Sequence record: Z78096.1
From: Escherichia virus SV14
Length of the DNA: 1,606 nt
Direction: 5' to 3' (one strand)
In this document: in pieces, positions 1-1,606 of the stretch
How positions within the stretch are numbered: position 1 is the stretch's first letter
Layout of the letters: every line of letters begins with the position of its first letter
Made by a program: the position numbers and the translations under genes
Notes under the pieces: model-generated
The model's input: only the letters and a program-made list of their open reading frames with translations
Told to the model about the DNA's origin: nothing
The model's database searches: none

Positions 1-2
1 AA

Positions 3-80
3 GCAGTTAACACTACCACAACTCAGGTAGAACAGAATTCTAATGTAAGTTTATATGCGAAAGTCGCATCTCGTTTCTAA
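3..80 (+). CDS. 3' end of upstream gene, probably prohead scaffold core protein (gp22-like); 5'-partial, C-terminal 25 codons plus stop
   Basis: The frame starting at position 3 is open from the window edge to TAA at 78-80 and translates to AVNTTTTQVEQNSNVSLYAKVASRF*. Gene order 22 then 23 is conserved in T4-like phages, and the ending ...YAKVASRF matches my uncertain recollection of the T4 gp22 C-terminus. The other two forward frames hit stops earlier (8-10, 28-30, 41-43, 46-48). Confidence 0.5.
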   Translation, partial: AVNTTTTQVEQNSNVSLYAKVASRF

Positions 81-83
81 TTT

Positions 84-88
84 AAAGG
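84..88 (+). promoter_or_regulatory. Shine-Dalgarno-like ribosome binding site for gene 23
   Basis: AAAGG at 84-88, with a 9-nt spacer before the ATG at 98-100; purine-rich and appropriately positioned. Confidence 0.5.
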
Positions 89-97
89 TTAACACAA

Positions 98-295
98 ATG
101 ACTACTATCAAAACTAAAGCTCAGCTCGTAGACAAATGGAAAGAACTGCTGGAAGGTGAAGGCCTGCCGGAAATCGCTAATAGCAAGCAGGCTATTATCG
201 CTAAAATCTTCGAAAACCAGGAAAAAGATTTCGAAGTATCACCTGAATATAAAGACGAGAAAATCGCTCAAGCATTTGGTTCTTTCTTGACCGAA
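98..295 (+). other. Predicted N-terminal propeptide (delta piece) of gp23, removed by the prohead protease gp21 during capsid maturation
   Basis: In T4, gp21 cleaves gp23 after Glu65 in the context L-T-E|A-E-I-G-G. The same context FLTE|AEIGGDHG is present here at codons 63-70, shifted by one residue because of an extra Thr at the N-terminus, which puts the predicted cleavage between nt 295 and 296. Inferred by homology, not demonstrated. Confidence 0.6.
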
Positions 296-1606
296 GCTGA
301 AATTGGTGGTGACCATGGTTATAATGCTCAGAACATCGCAGCAGGTCAAACCTCTGGTGCAGTAACCCAAATCGGCCGGAGTGTTATGGGTATGGTTCGT
401 CGTGCTATTCCTAATCTGATCGCTTTTGATATTTGTGGTGTTCAGCCTATGAACAGCCCTACCGGTCAGGTATTTGCTCTCCGTGCAGTATATGGTAAAG
501 ACCCTATCGCTGCTGACGCTAAAGAAGCTTTCCATCCGATGTATGCTCCAGATGCGATGTTCTCTGGTCAGGGTGCTGCAAAAGCATTTACTCCTGTTAC
601 CGCTGGTATGGCCACTGTAGCCGGCGACATTTATTATCACTTCTTCGCTGAAACTGGTTCTACTTATCTTCAGGCCACTAAAGTTGTTACCATTAGCGCT
701 GAGGCTTCTACCCCAGAATTGATGGATGCAGAAATTATCAAACAAATGGAAGCAGGTGTACTGGTAGAAATCGCTGAAGGTATGGCTACTTCTATCGCTG
801 AACTCCAGGAAGGTTTCAATGGTTCTACCGACAACCCGTGGAACGAAATGGGCTTCCGTATCGACAAACAAGTTATTGAAGCTAAATCTCGTCAGCTGAA
901 AGCAGCTTACTCCATCGAATTGGCACAAGACCTCCGTGCAGTACACGGTATGGATGCTGATGCTGAACTGAGCGGTATTCTTGCTACTGAAATTATGTTG
1001 GAAATCAACCGTGAAGTTGTTGACTGGATTAACTACTCCGCTCAGGTTGGTAAATCTGGTATGACTAATATCGTTGGTTCTAAAGCTGGTGTATTTGACT
1101 TCCAGGACCCGATTGATATCCGTGGTGCTCGTTGGGCCGGTGAAAGCTTTAAAGCTCTGTTGTTCCAGATTGATAAAGAAGCAGTTGAAATTGCTCGTCA
1201 AACCGGTCGTGGTGAAGGTAACTTCATTATCGCTTCCCGTAACGTAGTTAACGTACTGGCTTCAGTTGATACTGGTATTTCTTACGCTGCACAGGGTCTG
1301 GCTTCTGGTTTTAATACCGACACTACTAAATCTGTATTTGCCGGTGTACTTGGTGGTAAATACCGCGTATACATCGACCAGTATGCTAAACAGGATTACT
1401 TCACCGTTGGTTACAAAGGTGCTAACGAAATGGATGCAGGTATTTACTATGCTCCTTATGTTGCACTTAAACCCCTGCGTGGTTCCGATCCTAAGAACTT
1501 CCAGCCGGTAATGGGCTTTAAAACTCGTTACGGTATCGGTGTTAACCCGTTTGCTGAAAGTTCCCTGCAGGCTCCAGGTGCTCGCATCCAGTCCGGTATG
1601 CCGTCT
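98..1606 (+). CDS. 23: Major capsid protein gp23 of a T4-like phage (precursor form); 3'-partial, runs off the window
   Basis: ATG at 98 followed by 503 uninterrupted codons, checked codon by codon to the window edge. The translation begins MTTIKTKAQLVDKWKELLEGEGLPEIANSKQAIIAKIFENQEKDF and contains long blocks I recognise from T4 gp23: AEIGGDHGYNA, GMVRRAIPNLIAFDICGVQPMNSPTGQVFALRAVYGKDP, NPWNEMGFRIDKQVIEAKSRQLKAAYSIELAQDLRAVHGMDADAELSGILATEIMLEINREVVDWINYSAQVGKSGM, RGARWAGESFKALLFQIDKEAVEIARQTGRGEGNFIIASRNVVNVLASVDTGISYAAQGL and KYRVYIDQYAKQDYFTVGYKG. Codon usage is strongly biased, as expected for a highly expressed gene. Confidence 0.97.
   Translation, partial: MTTIKTKAQLVDKWKELLEGEGLPEIANSKQAIIAKIFENQEKDFEVSPEYKDEKIAQAFGSFLTEAEIGGDHGYNAQNIAAGQTSGAVTQIGRSVMGMVRRAIPNLIAFDICGVQPMNSPTGQVFALRAVYGKDPIAADAKEAFHPMYAPDAMFSGQGAAKAFTPVTAGMATVAGDIYYHFFAETGSTYLQATKVVTISAEASTPELMDAEIIKQMEAGVLVEIAEGMATSIAELQEGFNGSTDNPWNEMGFRIDKQVIEAKSRQLKAAYSIELAQDLRAVHGMDADAELSGILATEIMLEINREVVDWINYSAQVGKSGMTNIVGSKAGVFDFQDPIDIRGARWAGESFKALLFQIDKEAVEIARQTGRGEGNFIIASRNVVNVLASVDTGISYAAQGLASGFNTDTTKSVFAGVLGGKYRVYIDQYAKQDYFTVGYKGANEMDAGIYYAPYVALKPLRGSDPKNFQPVMGFKTRYGIGVNPFAESSLQAPGARIQSGMPS

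Noticed and set aside
57-67. Small hairpin GCGA-AAG-TCGC
   Set aside because: Only a 4-bp stem with a 3-nt loop, no following U-tract, and it lies inside the probable gene 22 coding sequence. Too weak to call a terminator or regulatory structure.
247-254. TATAAAGA, a one-mismatch match to the T4 late promoter core TATAAATA
   Set aside because: It sits inside the gp23 coding sequence about 150 nt downstream of the start codon, on a segment encoding conserved residues (PEYKDEK). Most likely coincidental in AT-rich codons.
670-867. 65-aa minus-strand ORF
   Set aside because: Short ORF embedded antisense within gp23 with no start context or other support; consistent with chance.
239-1201. 320-aa minus-strand ORF from the six-frame track
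   Set aside because: It lies entirely inside the gp23 coding sequence in the same codon register on the opposite strand, begins at a TTG, and its translation is rich in S, T, F and N as expected for an antisense read of a biased gene. It is open only because the sense strand avoids TTA, CTA and TCA. No RBS or other independent support.
1266-1511. 81-aa plus-strand ORF from the track
   Set aside because: It is in the +1 frame relative to gp23, starts at a TTG, and gives a hydrophobic, low-complexity translation (L, V, T rich) typical of an out-of-frame read of a real gene. The in-frame gp23 reading across the same bases matches conserved capsid protein sequence.
35-1571. Palindromic restriction sites (EcoRI 35-40, NcoI 313-318, HindIII 525-530 and 1144-1149, PstI 1566-1571)
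   Set aside because: Isolated 6-bp palindromes at about the frequency expected by chance. T4-like phages protect their DNA by cytosine modification, so these carry no evident biological signal.
1-1606. Possibility of a novel defence, anti-defence or other undescribed system
   Set aside because: The window is fully accounted for by a conserved structural gene and the end of its upstream neighbour. There are no repeats, CRISPR-like arrays, inserted ORFs, introns, homing endonuclease genes or unexplained non-coding stretches. Claiming novelty would not be supported by the sequence.

Overview
This window is almost entirely one gene: the major capsid protein (gene 23, gp23) of a T4-like myovirus, on the + strand from 98 to the window edge at 1606 (503 codons, no stop in window; T4 gp23 is about 521 aa as I recall, so roughly 18 C-terminal codons lie beyond the window). 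I recognise it by recall of the T4 gp23 sequence, not by any search. It is clearly a relative rather than T4 itself, with substitutions scattered through the protein and clustered in one central patch. Positions 3-80 look like the last 25 codons of the upstream gene, probably gene 22 (prohead scaffold core protein), followed by a 17-nt spacer with a Shine-Dalgarno-like AAAGG. The supplied ORF track does not list the real gene because it has no in-window stop; its largest entry (239..1201, minus strand) is an antisense shadow of gp23. I see no sequence evidence for a novel or undescribed system here: this is a well-characterised, highly conserved structural gene, and the findings are modest.
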